DNA of 63,254 nt, the filler included, from Fonticula-like sp. SCN 57-25 (Eukaryota): NCBI GenBank assembly GCA_001724245.1. It is 10 parts of 10 records of this genome, joined end to end, with 100 filler letters (N's around TTAATTAATTAA, not from the genome) between each part and the next. Parts side by side here need not be neighbours in the genome. Positions count along the whole stretch, not along the records: positions 46,145 to 51,791 come from MEDX01000537.1; positions 51,892 to 57,524 come from MEDX01000538.1; positions 57,625 to 63,254 come from MEDX01000539.1; 7 more parts are not named here. One strand, 5' to 3'. This document shows, piece after piece, positions 46,145-57,855 of the stretch (position 1 is its first letter; each line of letters begins with the position of its first letter). A program made the translations under genes and the position numbers. The notes beneath the pieces are model-generated. The model made no database searches, had not been told where the DNA came from, and saw nothing but the letters and a program-made list of their open reading frames with translations.

Positions 46145-49100
46145 GAGTCTCGCCGAGCCGGTGCAGGACGCCTGGCTTTGGCGCTTCACCAACATCAAGC
46201 GGTACGTCTCCTTCGCAACATATTTCATTCTAATGGGCGCCTATAGTGTTATCCGTGCCGTTCGTGACTTTGATGCTCAAGGGCGCGATGCGCTGTCGAG
46301 CGAGCAGCTCCCAAACGCGCTCGCGATCGCCAAGGACGGCGATCTCGAAGAACTGCGCAAGCTCATCTCGTTGCTGCTTTCGTGCGCGGTGCAGTGCGAC
46401 GACAAGGAAACGTTTGTTGGCCGCATCCTGGCCATGGACGACTCGCTCCAGAAGGCGCTGATGCACAGCATTGAGCAGATTCAGAACCGGCCTGCCACTG
46501 CGGCGGCCGATGCCGAGTACGCACCCCGATCGCGCTCGTGTCTTGAGGTTTAATGATTTTGTCTTTGTCAGAACTGCCTTGGTCCATCAGTTTGACCGGG
46601 AAGCCAAGGAATTGACTCTGGCGTTGAGCGCGATTCGGTCAGAGTATGATGACTTGCAGGCTCTCCACAACCGGACGTCGGATCAGAAAAGCGAACTAGA
46701 ACGTGAGGTCACACAGCTTAAGCTTCAGCTTTTGCAGCAGGGCGGCGACAACTCGGCCGATCGCGTCCTGAAGCTCGAAGTGACTCGCTTGACGCAGGAA
46801 GTGTACGTGCTAACCATTGCCGCGTTCTTAAACTGACATTCGCCAGTGAACGGATGACGAATGAGCTTGTGGAGGCTACCGAGGAGAGCCAGCGGAAAGA
46901 CATTAAACTGGCGTCGCTTTCACGCCAAGCCGAAAAGGTGGACGAAATCACTCGTCGGGCATCCGACCTCCGCGACGAGCTCGACATGGCGCTCGCCGAG
47001 AACCAGTCGCTCAAAAAGTTTGAGGCGGCATGTAGCAAGCTGCGCGCTCGCCTCGAGGTGGCCGAGGTGGCCGAGCAGCGCTTGATGACCGTTCAGGAGG
47101 AGAATGGTCGTCTGACAGCTGAAGTGGTGCGCCTCGGCGACATGGTTGCGGAAACCGTGGTGCTTCGCTCCAAGATGAAGCTGTCAGAGACCCGCGTATC
47201 TCTGCTGGAAAGCGAAAACGCGCGCATTCAGCGTGAGCGTGATGATTTAGAGATGCGGCTGCTCAAGTCGCCGACGCGCCAAAGCCACGATGGGCCGCAG
47301 GACGACATGCACAGCCTCGCGTCCCCGCTGGTCTCGGGCGAACTGCGCGAGAGCGGCAACGGCTCTGCTACAGAGTCGTGGCAGGCGGCGACGAGCTTGT
47401 CGCTGGAGATGGACAAGGACCGCATTTCGCAGCTGCTAAAGTCGGTGAACTCGCTCGAGAAGGCAAACGCTCAGCTGAAGCAGCAGAACGACGAGTTGAA
47501 AGCGCTCGGTGCTGCGAACCAAGGCTCCTCTGACCGTCCGTCAAATGGCGACTCTGCCCCGTCGGTTAACCCCGATGTCCAAGGCCTCCGCGACACCGTT
47601 GCGACACTCACGGAATCGAACCGACTGCTGCAGGCAAAGGTGGCCGAGCTGCAGGCCGATGTGAGCCGCGGCTCGCTTGACAAGGAGGAGGTTTCGCGGC
47701 TTCGCGATCGTCACCAAAAGGAAATTGCCGAATTGGAGGACGAGATCAAGAGCTGGCGCGATCAGGTTGATGCGCTGACCAGGGAGGCAAAGCAGCTTCG
47801 TCGCACTTCGGATGAGTCATCGCGCACCGTTGCTGAACTGCAGGAGGAGCTTGTTACGCGTACTGCCGACTATGAGCTCTCCGAACGCAAGCTCAAGGCC
47901 AGGCGCGATGAGCTTGCCAGTGCCAAGGCTCAGCTGCAGGAGCTGCAGCAGGAGGTTGAAAACTCGTCGCAGGAGCGCCACAAGCTTGAAACCTCGTTGG
48001 TTGATGTCCAGCTTCAATTGCGGCAGGCAAAGAGTTTGCAGCAGGCGTCCGCGGCCGTTAGCGATGCCGCGGCGACGAGCAAGGACGAAGACGCGCTTCG
48101 CGCCTTGCTTGAGGCCTCGCAGGTTTCGCTTCGTGAGCGCGAGGCGGAACTGAGCCAGCTCCGCAGCGATATTCGCCTCGAGGTGTCCTCTGCGGAAGCC
48201 GCGCAGCAGCGCATGGCGCGAGAGTTGGCCGCCGTGTCGGCAGAATTGACCAAGATCAAGGAAGAGCTCGCTGAGGCTGAGCGCGCGCGCGACGAGTTTT
48301 CGGCGACGGCGGTGCGCCTTCAGCGCGAAGCCAAGCCTCGCGCCGCGGAGCTTACGCGTCTGCGCGCTCGCGTGGACGAGCTGGAAGCGGAGCGCGACAC
48401 GCTTGCCGACGGGAAGCGCGCGCTGGAACGTTCCCTGCACGACAGCGAGCGTTTGTTGTCCCAGTCAAAGGACGACTGCGCGTCGCTTGAGCAGAGAATT
48501 GAGGTAGAGCGCCAGGCGGCGGCGAAGGAAACCGCCGCGGTCAAGGAGACAATGGAGGCCACCATGGCCGACCGGCTGGACGCCGCTGCAAAGGACGCGG
48601 CTTCTCGCCTCGAGCTCGCCGCCAAGGAACTGTCCGCCACCAAGGACGCCTCTGCTCGCGAATTGGCGGCCATCAAGGAAGCGGCCGAGCGCGAATTGGC
48701 GATTTACAAGGAGGCATCGGCCAAGGAGCTTGCCGCGGAGAAGCAAGCCTCTGAGCGTGAGATTGCAGTGTTGAGGGAGTCGGCAGAGCGCGCCGCTCGC
48801 ACCGTGGAAGAGCTGTCCGAGGCAAAGGAGGCGTTGGCAAAGGCAGCTGCGTTGGCGAGAGCCGATGCCGACACTGCCCTCGCGCGCCAGCGTTCTGCTA
48901 CGTATGTCGACAGCGAAACCCGCCCTTCTCCCACGGAAGCCGCCGCGGACTCTAGTCACGATGCTTCCTTGCTCAATGCCAAGATTTTCGACCTGCAGGT
49001 GGCGCTTAACGCTTCGCAGAAGGAGGTTGAGCAGCTCAAGCAGGAGAATGCGACGCTGCAAGCAGAGGTACGCCACGGATCGCCGCCGATTTCTTGTGCT

Positions 49101-50031
49101 AATCCGTGATTAGCTTGCCGAACTTCGCAAGGAGTTGGCGACTGCCAATGGGGCGCGTTCCCAGGTTGAGCAGCTGCTGTCCGTGTCTGAGACCGCGCTT
49201 CGCATTGAAACGGCCGCCAAGGAGAGCCTGCGCGTTCAGCACGATGCCCAGCTCGAGAGCCTGCGCGCCCAGCAGGAGGCGCAGGTCCGCATCATGCGGG
49301 CCGAGGCCGACTCGACGACGCGCCAGCAGATTGAGCAGCTCCAGAGCACCGCCGAAGCGCAGGTGCGCAGCGTTCGGGCCGAGATGGAGGAGCAGATGAA
49401 GGAGCGCATCCAGGGCATGAAGGACAAGATCGACGTTCAGGAAACGCTTCTCCGCGAGCGCGAGGAGCGGCTAGCAGACCAGCGCGCGCAGCTTGACGAA
49501 TATCGTTCCTCTGCCGCCGCTGCGGCTGCCAAGAGGCTGCGGTCCGTGAAGCGCAGCGATAGCGCGGCCGCCCTCGGGGACTCTGTCCGGTCCGCTTCCC
49601 AGAGCCAGCTGTTGGCCTCTCCGTCGACCACGTCGGAATCCGCGGCGGCGCCCGCCAGCACGGCGTCCCCCGCCCCCAAGCCGGTGTCAAAGTCGCTGCC
49701 TGCGGCTGACCTGGCTGCCGCCTCGGCAAGCGTCCAGGAGACAGAGGGCGGCGCTGATATGAGGCCACGCTCCGTGTCGGCGCGCGCGCCGCCGCCGCGC
49801 GTCATTGACTTTTTCGACCTGCTCGAGCAGGTGCAGGGACGGACGATGGATGACCAGTCGTACGTCGCGAAGCCGTTTGACGCAGCGAGCCAGGCTTCGT
49901 CGATTGAACGGCCGCCGTCAGAGGCGGAGGAGAAGAAGGGTGGCCTCTTGCGCTCGTTCAGCAAGCGGGTGCGTTCAATTCGCGTGTCCAAGAAGAAGGA
50001 GGGCGTGGATAGCGATGCGTCGTCAAAGTAG
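46145..50031 (+). CDS. Hook-domain long coiled-coil protein with C-terminal GoLoco-like motif, 5' truncated
   Basis: WLWRFTNIK..PNALAIAKD..ELRKLISLLLSCAVQCDDKETFVGRILAMDDSLQKALMHSIEQI (Hook domain); ASDLRDELD (Hook/Girdin-type); ~900-aa coiled coil; DFFDLLEQVQGRTMDDQS. Confidence 0.8.
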
Positions 50032-50245
50032 ACCACGTTCAGGATCATCTTGTACATACATGGACATAGAGATGTGATATTTGACGTGCCTTGCATGGGA
50101 ATCTTTTTTGGTATTTTTTCTTTTTTCACCCGTCTTTATTCTTTGATCACTACGCCCGCACTTTAATGGTTGCTTTTTTTGCGCTTTATTGCAAGCAACA
50201 TGCACATGACATGCCAATAATATACTTATGCATACAATACTTTAC

Positions 50246-51791
50246 TTACTGGGTAGAAATATCCCCGACAATGTACACGGGCCTGTTGTTGTACAGCTTG
50301 GACAGGGCCTTTTCGAGCTTGCCCATCAGGGCGCGTGTCGCGGTCACCTGGTCCTCGATCGCCGCCTTGGCCTCCTCGATCTGCTCGCCCAGCCGCACGC
50401 GACGCTCCTGGCTCGTCACCAAGCGCGCGTTCATGGTCGTTTGGGTCCGCTGGATCAGCTCCAGCTTGGCCGCCAGCATCGCTGCGTAGCTCGCCGAACT
50501 CCGCAGCTGAAGCAACCGCATCACTTTGTCGCTCGTCAAGGCGGCCAGGACGTCAGAGACTATTAAGCAGAGCACGGTAAGCACATCGCCGGTCAATCCA
50601 CACCGCGTACCAAGTTTGTCGTAGGACTTTACGAGCGACGACGACTCGCGCTGCACCGACACCGGGGCATTCTTCTGCATCGTCAAGGTGATGGCGTCCA
50701 TCCGCTGCTTGGCGAGCTCTCCCTGACGCTGCGTCAAAAAGGCGCGCAGCTCGGCCAGCTCGTCAAGCAACATGGCGCGGTGATCCGCGCTGTCCAGCAG
50801 GCTGCTTTGTGCCAGCTCGCCGGTATGCGCGACGACAATCTCGGGCTCGGCGTGGTCGTCCACGGACGCGCCAGCGTCAAAGTCAACGTCCCAGTTGATG
50901 GCCGCGGCGCCGTCGTCGTCCGCGGTGGGAGCGGCGTCCCAGTTGATAGCCGGCGCACTGTTGTCGTCCGCGGCGGGAGCGGCGTCCCAGTCAATTTCAA
51001 TGAGCGCATCGTCGGAAGCGGGCACCAAAGGCGCGTCGGAAACAATCGGGGCGTCTACCTCGTCGAATGTGACTTGCTGCACGCTCCAGTCCTCGGGAAT
51101 TGTAATTGACTCAATGCCAGAAGCGGCAAGCTCGTCGTTTTCTGTTCCCAGAAAACGCGAGAGCGGAGCGTTCCCATTAGCGATCACAAAAGACAGGAGC
51201 GGAAAGGCCGGGCGCTCGCTCGAGGCGTCGACGAATATCGAGTAGTCGCCGTAGTATTCTATAAGGGAGCGGAACTGGTCGCTGCGCACGAGCTCTGCAG
51301 CTTCCGAGAGAAGAGCCGGCAGCTGGTGCACAGAGCTTCGCAGCTCAGCCTGAATATCATTGCCCTGTTCGAGGGTGAGTGTTGATGTCATAGCAAAGTG
51401 AAATGGCGCACCTCGATGCCCCACTGAGAGCAGACAGACTGGAACTTTAGTTTGGCCGCAGCGGCACTCGCGCGGTAATCGTTGTCCTTGCGAGTCAAAT
51501 CCTTCAACTGCTGGTGATAATTGCTGACCTGCTTCTTGAGCGCGGGGCTAACATGGTCGCGCGTTAGACTTGAACCTTACAAGAGGGGCAGCGCACATTT
51601 GGTACATTGCCGCACGCTGGATTTCGGCCGCAGACTCGGCCAAATAAATTCCATCCTTTTCGTAAGCGCGGAGAATCTGTGCCCAGTCGCGCGCGGCCTC
51701 TGACGTAAACTGACCGAGGAACGAAGTAATGCCCGCCTTCTCGCGCACTCGGGCATGGATCCGCTCGCAAGCAAAGTAGTTGAGCGCTGCC
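50246..51791 (-). CDS. CDK5RAP3: CDK5RAP3 / C53 (UFMylation and ER-phagy adaptor), 5' truncated
   Basis: W..I..AYEKDGIYLAE, IDWD/INWD shuffled AIMs, LLDELAELRAFLTQR, LSKLYNNRPVYIVG. Confidence 0.9.
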
Positions 51792-51891
51792 NNNNNNNNN
51801 NNNNNNNNNNNNNNNNNNNNNNNNNNNNNNNNNNNTTAATTAATTAANNNNNNNNNNNNNNNNNNNNNNNNNNNNNNNNNNNNNNNNNNNN

Positions 51892-52500
51892 AAGTTCGTC
51901 AAGCGTGCGGCCAAGCAAGGACCCGCTGCGACGGCTTTGAGGCTCTTGCGCAGTCTAAGAACGGTTAGCAGGCAAGCATCGCCGAGTCAGACTACGAACC
52001 TCGCGGCGCTTGGGCTCATTCGGAAGCATCCGCAGATAGTATTGGCGCTGCGAGTCGTTCGGATCGCGCACAGAAACATAGCTGCCGCTCTCGGGGGGCG
52101 CAATAAAGATACGCGGCGGAACAACGCGCGGGCGAGATAGCAGCACCGGCGGCGGCGGCGGGGACGCCTCCGCTTCCATGTCATCGTCTCCCGGTGGCGA
52201 TGGGGCACGGTCATCATTTGAAGGAGAAACGGCATCGTCGTCGCTCGCCATCGGAAACCTATCCTGGTGCATACTTGCCCCGTCCTCTTCGTCAAGCAGC
52301 CGCAGCTCGCAGCCCAGGCGAGGACGCTTGCCCAAGGCCGCGGCCGCCGATGACATGGTGTCGCCTATCGGCCGCTTGCCAGCGGCGGGCCTCGGGTCCG
52401 CTTCCCAGTCGCCTTCGGGCTCCTCCGGCGGCTCAGGCATCTCCTCAGGCACCTCGTCGGCCATCGCCAGCATATGTGCGAACTCGGCGTCATCGTCCAT
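51892..52500 (-). CDS. CHTF18: CTF18 (alternative RFC large subunit), N-terminal fragment
   Basis: Acidic N-terminus (MDDDAEFAHML) and PP..GSYVSV.D....YYLR resembling the CTF18 N-terminal motif; the AAA region lies beyond the gap. Confidence 0.6.
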
Positions 52501-52774
52501 GATGCCGCGGTCTGTGCACAGGCGGCGATCGCTGGTTCGAGTTTCGCGCGCTAATTCAATCAATGCCCCTCCAGTGAAATAAAAAGCGCGGGCTTTTTGG
52601 TGATTGGTCTCTTTGGGCCAATCACATCCTTGCGCGCCTTTTTTCGTAGCGCTACTTTCCGCGTCCCTCAACGTTTCAGCGCAGGAATCCGCTTGCCGGG
52701 CCTGCGCTCTTGTTCTTTTTCGTTTCGTTTGCGTGTTACGCCGAGCGTGTGCTTGGTTTTTATATTTCTCGACA

Positions 52775-54322
52775 ATGTTCTTTGTCCAGGAGCTTTTTAC
52801 GCATCACCAAAAGTCGTTGAGCATTGTGTGGCTCGCGGCCCACTGGGACCCTCGCAAGCTTACGCGTGCCAAGATCGCCGGAGCGCAGATCCCCAAGACG
52901 GTGGAGGACATTACCAATAGCTCGCAAAAGCTCTTTTCTCTTCGTCTTTCGGGCACTCTCTTGCTTGGTGTAGCCCGCATCTATTCGCGCAAGGCGCAGT
53001 TTTTGCTAGATGACTGCAGCAATGTCGTGTTCAAGATGCACAATGCTTTCCGCACCGGGCCTGTCGTCGACATGCAAGAGTCGTCCGCGCATGCGAGCAG
53101 CATCACATTGCAGGACGTTTCCATGGACGCTGGTCTGTTGGGCATTGATCTGTACGATCTTCGCCTTCCTTCCTTTGCGGCGGTCGAAATCGGTCGTTCC
53201 TCGCAGCAGCACACCAGCGCTCTTCGTGACATTACAATCGACGATGTGGATCTTTCTATGCGTCGCTCAACGCAGGAGCTCAATGCCTCTTTGATGGACG
53301 ACGACGGTTTTGGTGCCGCTCATCCCGACGAGATGGCCGATCTGAGCGGCCTCGCCCCCCCCATGGATCTCGGTCGCCGCGCCATGACCCCGCCTCGCGG
53401 CGATATGCTCGATCTCGGCATGGACCCCAAGTATTCAGACATGCCGGTGGAAGAAGGCGGTTTTGGAGGCGATAATTATGAGCACGACTCGTCGCTGCTC
53501 AACAACAGTGGCCTCGGCGGCGCCGTTGGGTTTGGTAGCCCCGGTACGCCCGGCGCTCTTTTCTCCCCGCCCCGCCGCACGCTTGAGGGCGACTTTCCCG
53601 AGTCCCCCGCTGGCCAGGCCGCCCCGCCTGCGAAGCGCCGCCGCGTCGCGCAGATGGACAGCTCCCGCCAGCTTTCAAGGGCGTCCATCAAGCGTCAGCT
53701 CGAGGACACCTCTGATATTGTTCGCAAGCGCCTCATGCCCGCCACGGACGCCGAGGCCGCGCATGCCGCCCTGCAGACGCGCTCTGCCGCCGATTCGCTC
53801 CGCCTCCCCTTTTTCGTAATGCTCAACCCCGAGCTCCAGGCCGCCTTGGCCAGCGTGCTCGTGCCTCCCCCGGCATCGGCCCTGCCCGCCTCTGAGCAAG
53901 GCACCGAGCCCGCCACGCCCGCCCGCGCGACGCAGTCGCAGCGCGGCACCGCCGCCACTGGTCCGCTGTCGATGGCGAGCGCGTCGGCCGACCGTTCGTT
54001 CCGCATGGAGGATTCAATGATTGAGGAGACTGGTTTTGGCGGCGACGACGGGTACACGTACGACCCCCTCACCGAGACGCCGTCGATGGACCGCAGCGTG
54101 ATGGCTGAGGCGCCGCTTGTGGCGCTGCCCCCTGTCAGTGTCGAGTGGGTTGACGCTGCTATTGAGGAAGGGCGGGAAACGACGTTCCAAAAGATGGCGC
54201 AGGGCAAGTCGTGCGCCACTGTTGCGGCCGGATTCCACGCGCTGCTCGGCAAGCTTGCCGCGGGCGAAGCCAAGTCGTCGCAGACGGCCGCGTGGGGGGA
54301 AATTCGTGTCATCCCTGTGTAA
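52775..54322 (+). CDS. RAD21: Cohesin kleisin Rad21/Rec8 family
   Basis: MFF..LSIVWLAAHW..KLTR..SLRLSGTLLLGVARIYSRKAQFLLDDC; C-terminal winged helix (F..L..Q..WGEIRV); separase-like site VEIGR. Confidence 0.9.
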   Translation: MFFVQELFTHHQKSLSIVWLAAHWDPRKLTRAKIAGAQIPKTVEDITNSSQKLFSLRLSGTLLLGVARIYSRKAQFLLDDCSNVVFKMHNAFRTGPVVDMQESSAHASSITLQDVSMDAGLLGIDLYDLRLPSFAAVEIGRSSQQHTSALRDITIDDVDLSMRRSTQELNASLMDDDGFGAAHPDEMADLSGLAPPMDLGRRAMTPPRGDMLDLGMDPKYSDMPVEEGGFGGDNYEHDSSLLNNSGLGGAVGFGSPGTPGALFSPPRRTLEGDFPESPAGQAAPPAKRRRVAQMDSSRQLSRASIKRQLEDTSDIVRKRLMPATDAEAAHAALQTRSAADSLRLPFFVMLNPELQAALASVLVPPPASALPASEQGTEPATPARATQSQRGTAATGPLSMASASADRSFRMEDSMIEETGFGGDDGYTYDPLTETPSMDRSVMAEAPLVALPPVSVEWVDAAIEEGRETTFQKMAQGKSCATVAAGFHALLGKLAAGEAKSSQTAAWGEIRVIPV

Positions 54323-54502
54323 TTCTTTTCGTGCAGAGATATTTGCTTGTACATTATGTTATAAAACGGCCACAAATCTATATTGGTAACATTGTTTAGA
54401 TATACGGGCTTTATGCCGTTCACTCGCGACGCCAGCACAAAATTCCAAAAAACAGTCGATCAGGGTATAATGGTCGAGTCGGGAGTTGAAGCAACGCGCG
54501 TC

Positions 54503-55650
54503 TTACTGCTTCTTGGCAAAGTACTCCTTGAGCTGGTCACCGCCAAAGACCATGCAGACGGTGAGGTACACGCTCAGCGCGATGCGCGGGGTGACGCCGC
54601 GGTAGAAGCCCGCAATGCCGGCGTCCTGGTAGATAACCTTGGCCGTCCCCAGGAGGCCGTTCGGCTTGGCAGCAGCCTGGCCGTCGGCACCAGTCGCCTT
54701 CTTGGCCCACGACTGCATCTCGACGCGGACGACCTCAATCGGCTGGTTCCAGCACGCGAGGGCACCGCCGATAACGGACGCTACAGGGAGTGTCAGCTAC
54801 AACCCAGATCGAGCCGAGGGATCGTACACAGGATGCGCTCCGAGTTGGACAGCTTGCGGTTCTTATCGTCGCCCTTCATCAGCGACTCGGTCAGGCGCGC
54901 AATACCAAAGCGGGATCCCCAGTTGGTCATCTGGCGAATAGCGACGGCAGAGACACCGCGGTTGAGGCCGCGAATACCATCCTTCTTGAAGACATCGTAG
55001 GCGACCGAAAAGGTCGACTTGCTGCCACCATCCTGTCGGAGATGCTTTAGTACAATACATCAAAATGATCAAGATATACCTTGGAACGAGTGACCTCGAC
55101 GGTCTTCATGAACGTGGCAAAGCCCATGGTTGTGTACGCCTGGGCAACACCGCCAAACATGCCGCCAAACATGGACGCCAGGGAGGGGTCCATCTTCATC
55201 GCCAGGCAGCGGTACTCCACTGATCACGCAAAGCATAAGCAAGACACAGTCAACGGCAGAGCAACCGTACTCTCCGAGCTGGCGAGCATGAGCACGGCGC
55301 CCTTGGTGCTCGCCTCGATCCACGCCCAGGGGATCAGGCCCTGATAAAATCCAAACACACCGCCGCGATTCCACGTCTTGACGATGGCAGTGCGCAGATT
55401 GTCACCGCGGTGAGCTATAAAAGGAAACGAGCACAGTGTGAGCAACGGCTTGCGCGCAAGAAAGTTGCTGCGCCATGCGCTACCCCGCACCAGCCATGTG
55501 TGTCTTGAGGACCTCGAAAGGTTGCCCAAGAGTGGACACCTCAAACATCTGCATGCACGCGCCAATACCCAGGTTCACATAGGAGACGGGCTTCTTGACG
55601 GGCTCACCCGACGCGGAGATCGTGATCTGCGAGCCAGCGGTCGGCGCCAT
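54503..55650 (-). CDS. YHM2: Mitochondrial citrate/2-oxoglutarate carrier
   Basis: [59 protein letters not shown]; spliced. Confidence 0.92.
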
Positions 55651-55811
55651 TGCTGTTGGTAAGCGCCAGCTCGTTGGAGTCCTGGGGCCGGAGGAAGTCG
55701 CGTGATTTGTTTGACGAGCACGTTGCCGGATTGCAAGATTGCAGTTTGCCGATTGAGTTTGCAGAATTCTGAATTGTGAAGGGGCTGACAACAGTGTTTA
55801 CGTGTGCGGCC

Positions 55812-56444
55812 ATGGAGAGGTCGGATTTTGCGACGCTCTCAGTAGCTATTCTCACAAAAGCGCAAGCTCAATCTCAAGACATTTCATTGGATAGCTACTG
55901 CAGCACATGTTCAGCTGGCCCGTTTAGCAGCAACTTTTCGGTTTGTTCGACATGTCGGATCGTTTTGTGTTCGACTTGCTTTAGGAATCAAGCTCACCCG
56001 CACCCCAAGTGGGTTCGGGTAGTAGACGCCGCAGCTCCCGCCGTACCTCCTGTCTCTCCATTGCAACAAGTTTGTCCTCCTGCCGGTCCTCATCAGATCC
56101 CGGCGGATCCACCTCGCTGCATGGGATGCAGCCGCCTCAAGGTCGCTTTTGTTTCGTCGACTACCCCGGCACAGTATTCCTGCGAGCAGTGTTACGCGGG
56201 GATCTCGCACGCCCCAGGTGCATGGCTACCATTGAATGACGCCGGTGTAGCGACGACGGCAGATTCTAATACTGGTGCCCAGTCGTGCATCATCTGCTTT
56301 GAGCATCCAAGGACGCGCGTGTTCATTCCTTGTGGGCATGTGATCTGCTGCGACACATGCGCAGTCCGCATCTTTGGAGAAACGCAAAGGTGCCCTGCTT
56401 GCAATGGGCACATTAACCAGTCGTTTGCGGTTTTTATGCCATAA
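55812..56444 (+). CDS. RING (C3HC4, IAP/MDM2-type) E3 ligase with two ZZ-like Cys clusters
   Basis: CIICFEHPRTRVFIPCGHVICCDTC..CPAC; upstream CxxC..CxxC..CxxCF..HPH. Confidence 0.75.
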   Translation: MERSDFATLSVAILTKAQAQSQDISLDSYCSTCSAGPFSSNFSVCSTCRIVLCSTCFRNQAHPHPKWVRVVDAAAPAVPPVSPLQQVCPPAGPHQIPADPPRCMGCSRLKVAFVSSTTPAQYSCEQCYAGISHAPGAWLPLNDAGVATTADSNTGAQSCIICFEHPRTRVFIPCGHVICCDTCAVRIFGETQRCPACNGHINQSFAVFMP

Positions 56445-56555
56445 CGGTGATGCTGTATATTTTATAATTTCTGAAATCTTCATGCGCATTGTATAGAACT
56501 TTTTTAAGTGCTTATTATAAACTATATATCATACAACATAGGCCCCAAATCTCCA

Positions 56556-57353
56556 CTACATGTAGAGCGTTGTTGCCATCCTCTGCTGCGGGAACGCTGT
56601 CTTGACCGCCGCCCTGACACTCTCGTCACTGGGAATCGTCACGCCACCGAGCCCGTCGACACCCAACGACACGGCCGCATGCGCCAGCCCCAACACAGTT
56701 GCCTGCGACACCTGCGGCCACCCCGCCACCACATCCTCATAAACAACAAGCACGCGGCAGGGGGTGCCGCGCGCGCGGCATGCCGACATGATCGCAGCCG
56801 AGACGCCCCGCACCATATTAGGGGACTCGAGGAACTTCACACGCGGAGCCGGTCCGGACCATGCGCCGCTCTGCAGCAGACGCACCGTCAGCTCGTCCGC
56901 GGGCCTGTTAACAAGCGCAGACGTCGGAAGCGAGTCCAGCACAAGGCAGGCGGTCGGCACGATGGCGCCATCGAGCAGCAGGCGCGACCACCTGGCCAAG
57001 ATCGAGTCGCCGATGGCGCGCTCGGAAACGTCGGCGACAAGCACACGGCCGCCAAGCGACGCAGGGCGGTAAACGTGCGTCACTTCCTTGGAGTTTTTCC
57101 CGCGGTCAAGTCGCACGGAAAGGACAGGGGACCCGCGGCTGCTCGTGCCAAGGAGGCAATCGAGAGCGACACGGCCTGACCGGCTCGTGGCAACAATAAA
57201 AAGGTCCGACTCTAGCGGGGTTGCAGTGTCATCGCCGCTAAGCAGCACAAACCCACCAGCAGGGGGAAGAGAGTTCAGTTCCTCAAGGTCATCGTCGCTT
57301 TCGTCGGCCTGCGCGTTGCGATCACGCAGCCAATCCTCCGTGAGCTGGCTCAT
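56556..57353 (-). CDS. PSMG1: Proteasome assembly chaperone 1
   Basis: LESPNMVRGVSAAIMSAC (compare LEQPNIV..AAVLSYC) and C-terminal HbYX motif LYM. Confidence 0.75.
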   Translation of the reverse strand: MSQLTEDWLRDRNAQADESDDDLEELNSLPPAGGFVLLSGDDTATPLESDLFIVATSRSGRVALDCLLGTSSRGSPVLSVRLDRGKNSKEVTHVYRPASLGGRVLVADVSERAIGDSILARWSRLLLDGAIVPTACLVLDSLPTSALVNRPADELTVRLLQSGAWSGPAPRVKFLESPNMVRGVSAAIMSACRARGTPCRVLVVYEDVVAGWPQVSQATVLGLAHAAVSLGVDGLGGVTIPSDESVRAAVKTAFPQQRMATTLYM

Positions 57354-57855
57354 TCCCGTTGTTTGCGTACAATGGGATTGCGCACATGCAAACTGAAACA
57401 AGTTTGCATAGGTATATGTTTGTGGACCGGTATGGTCCCCCCTCCTTGGTCAGGACACTTTCCGAAAAATCAGCGTCTCAACTAATTAAAATTTCGTTCT
57501 TTCGATTTCATTTTTGTAAAATTANNNNNNNNNNNNNNNNNNNNNNNNNNNNNNNNNNNNNNNNNNNNTTAATTAATTAANNNNNNNNNNNNNNNNNNNN
57601 NNNNNNNNNNNNNNNNNNNNNNNNATCGTCGACGGCATCGCGACGACGATTTGATTCGAAAAAGTCGGTTTCGGTACGTCTCAAAATTTGGATTTTCCAA
57701 TCAACTCTTTTGGCTTGAGTGAAATGTCGTATGCTGAGTCATTGTTGTGGCCATTTGCCAACCTCTGATTGGTCAGGCCTATTTTTGGTGTTGCGAGATC
57801 CACTTTGCATCGAGCCACCACCAGCCGACGTATACTCCGTGGTGCCCCTAGGAGA

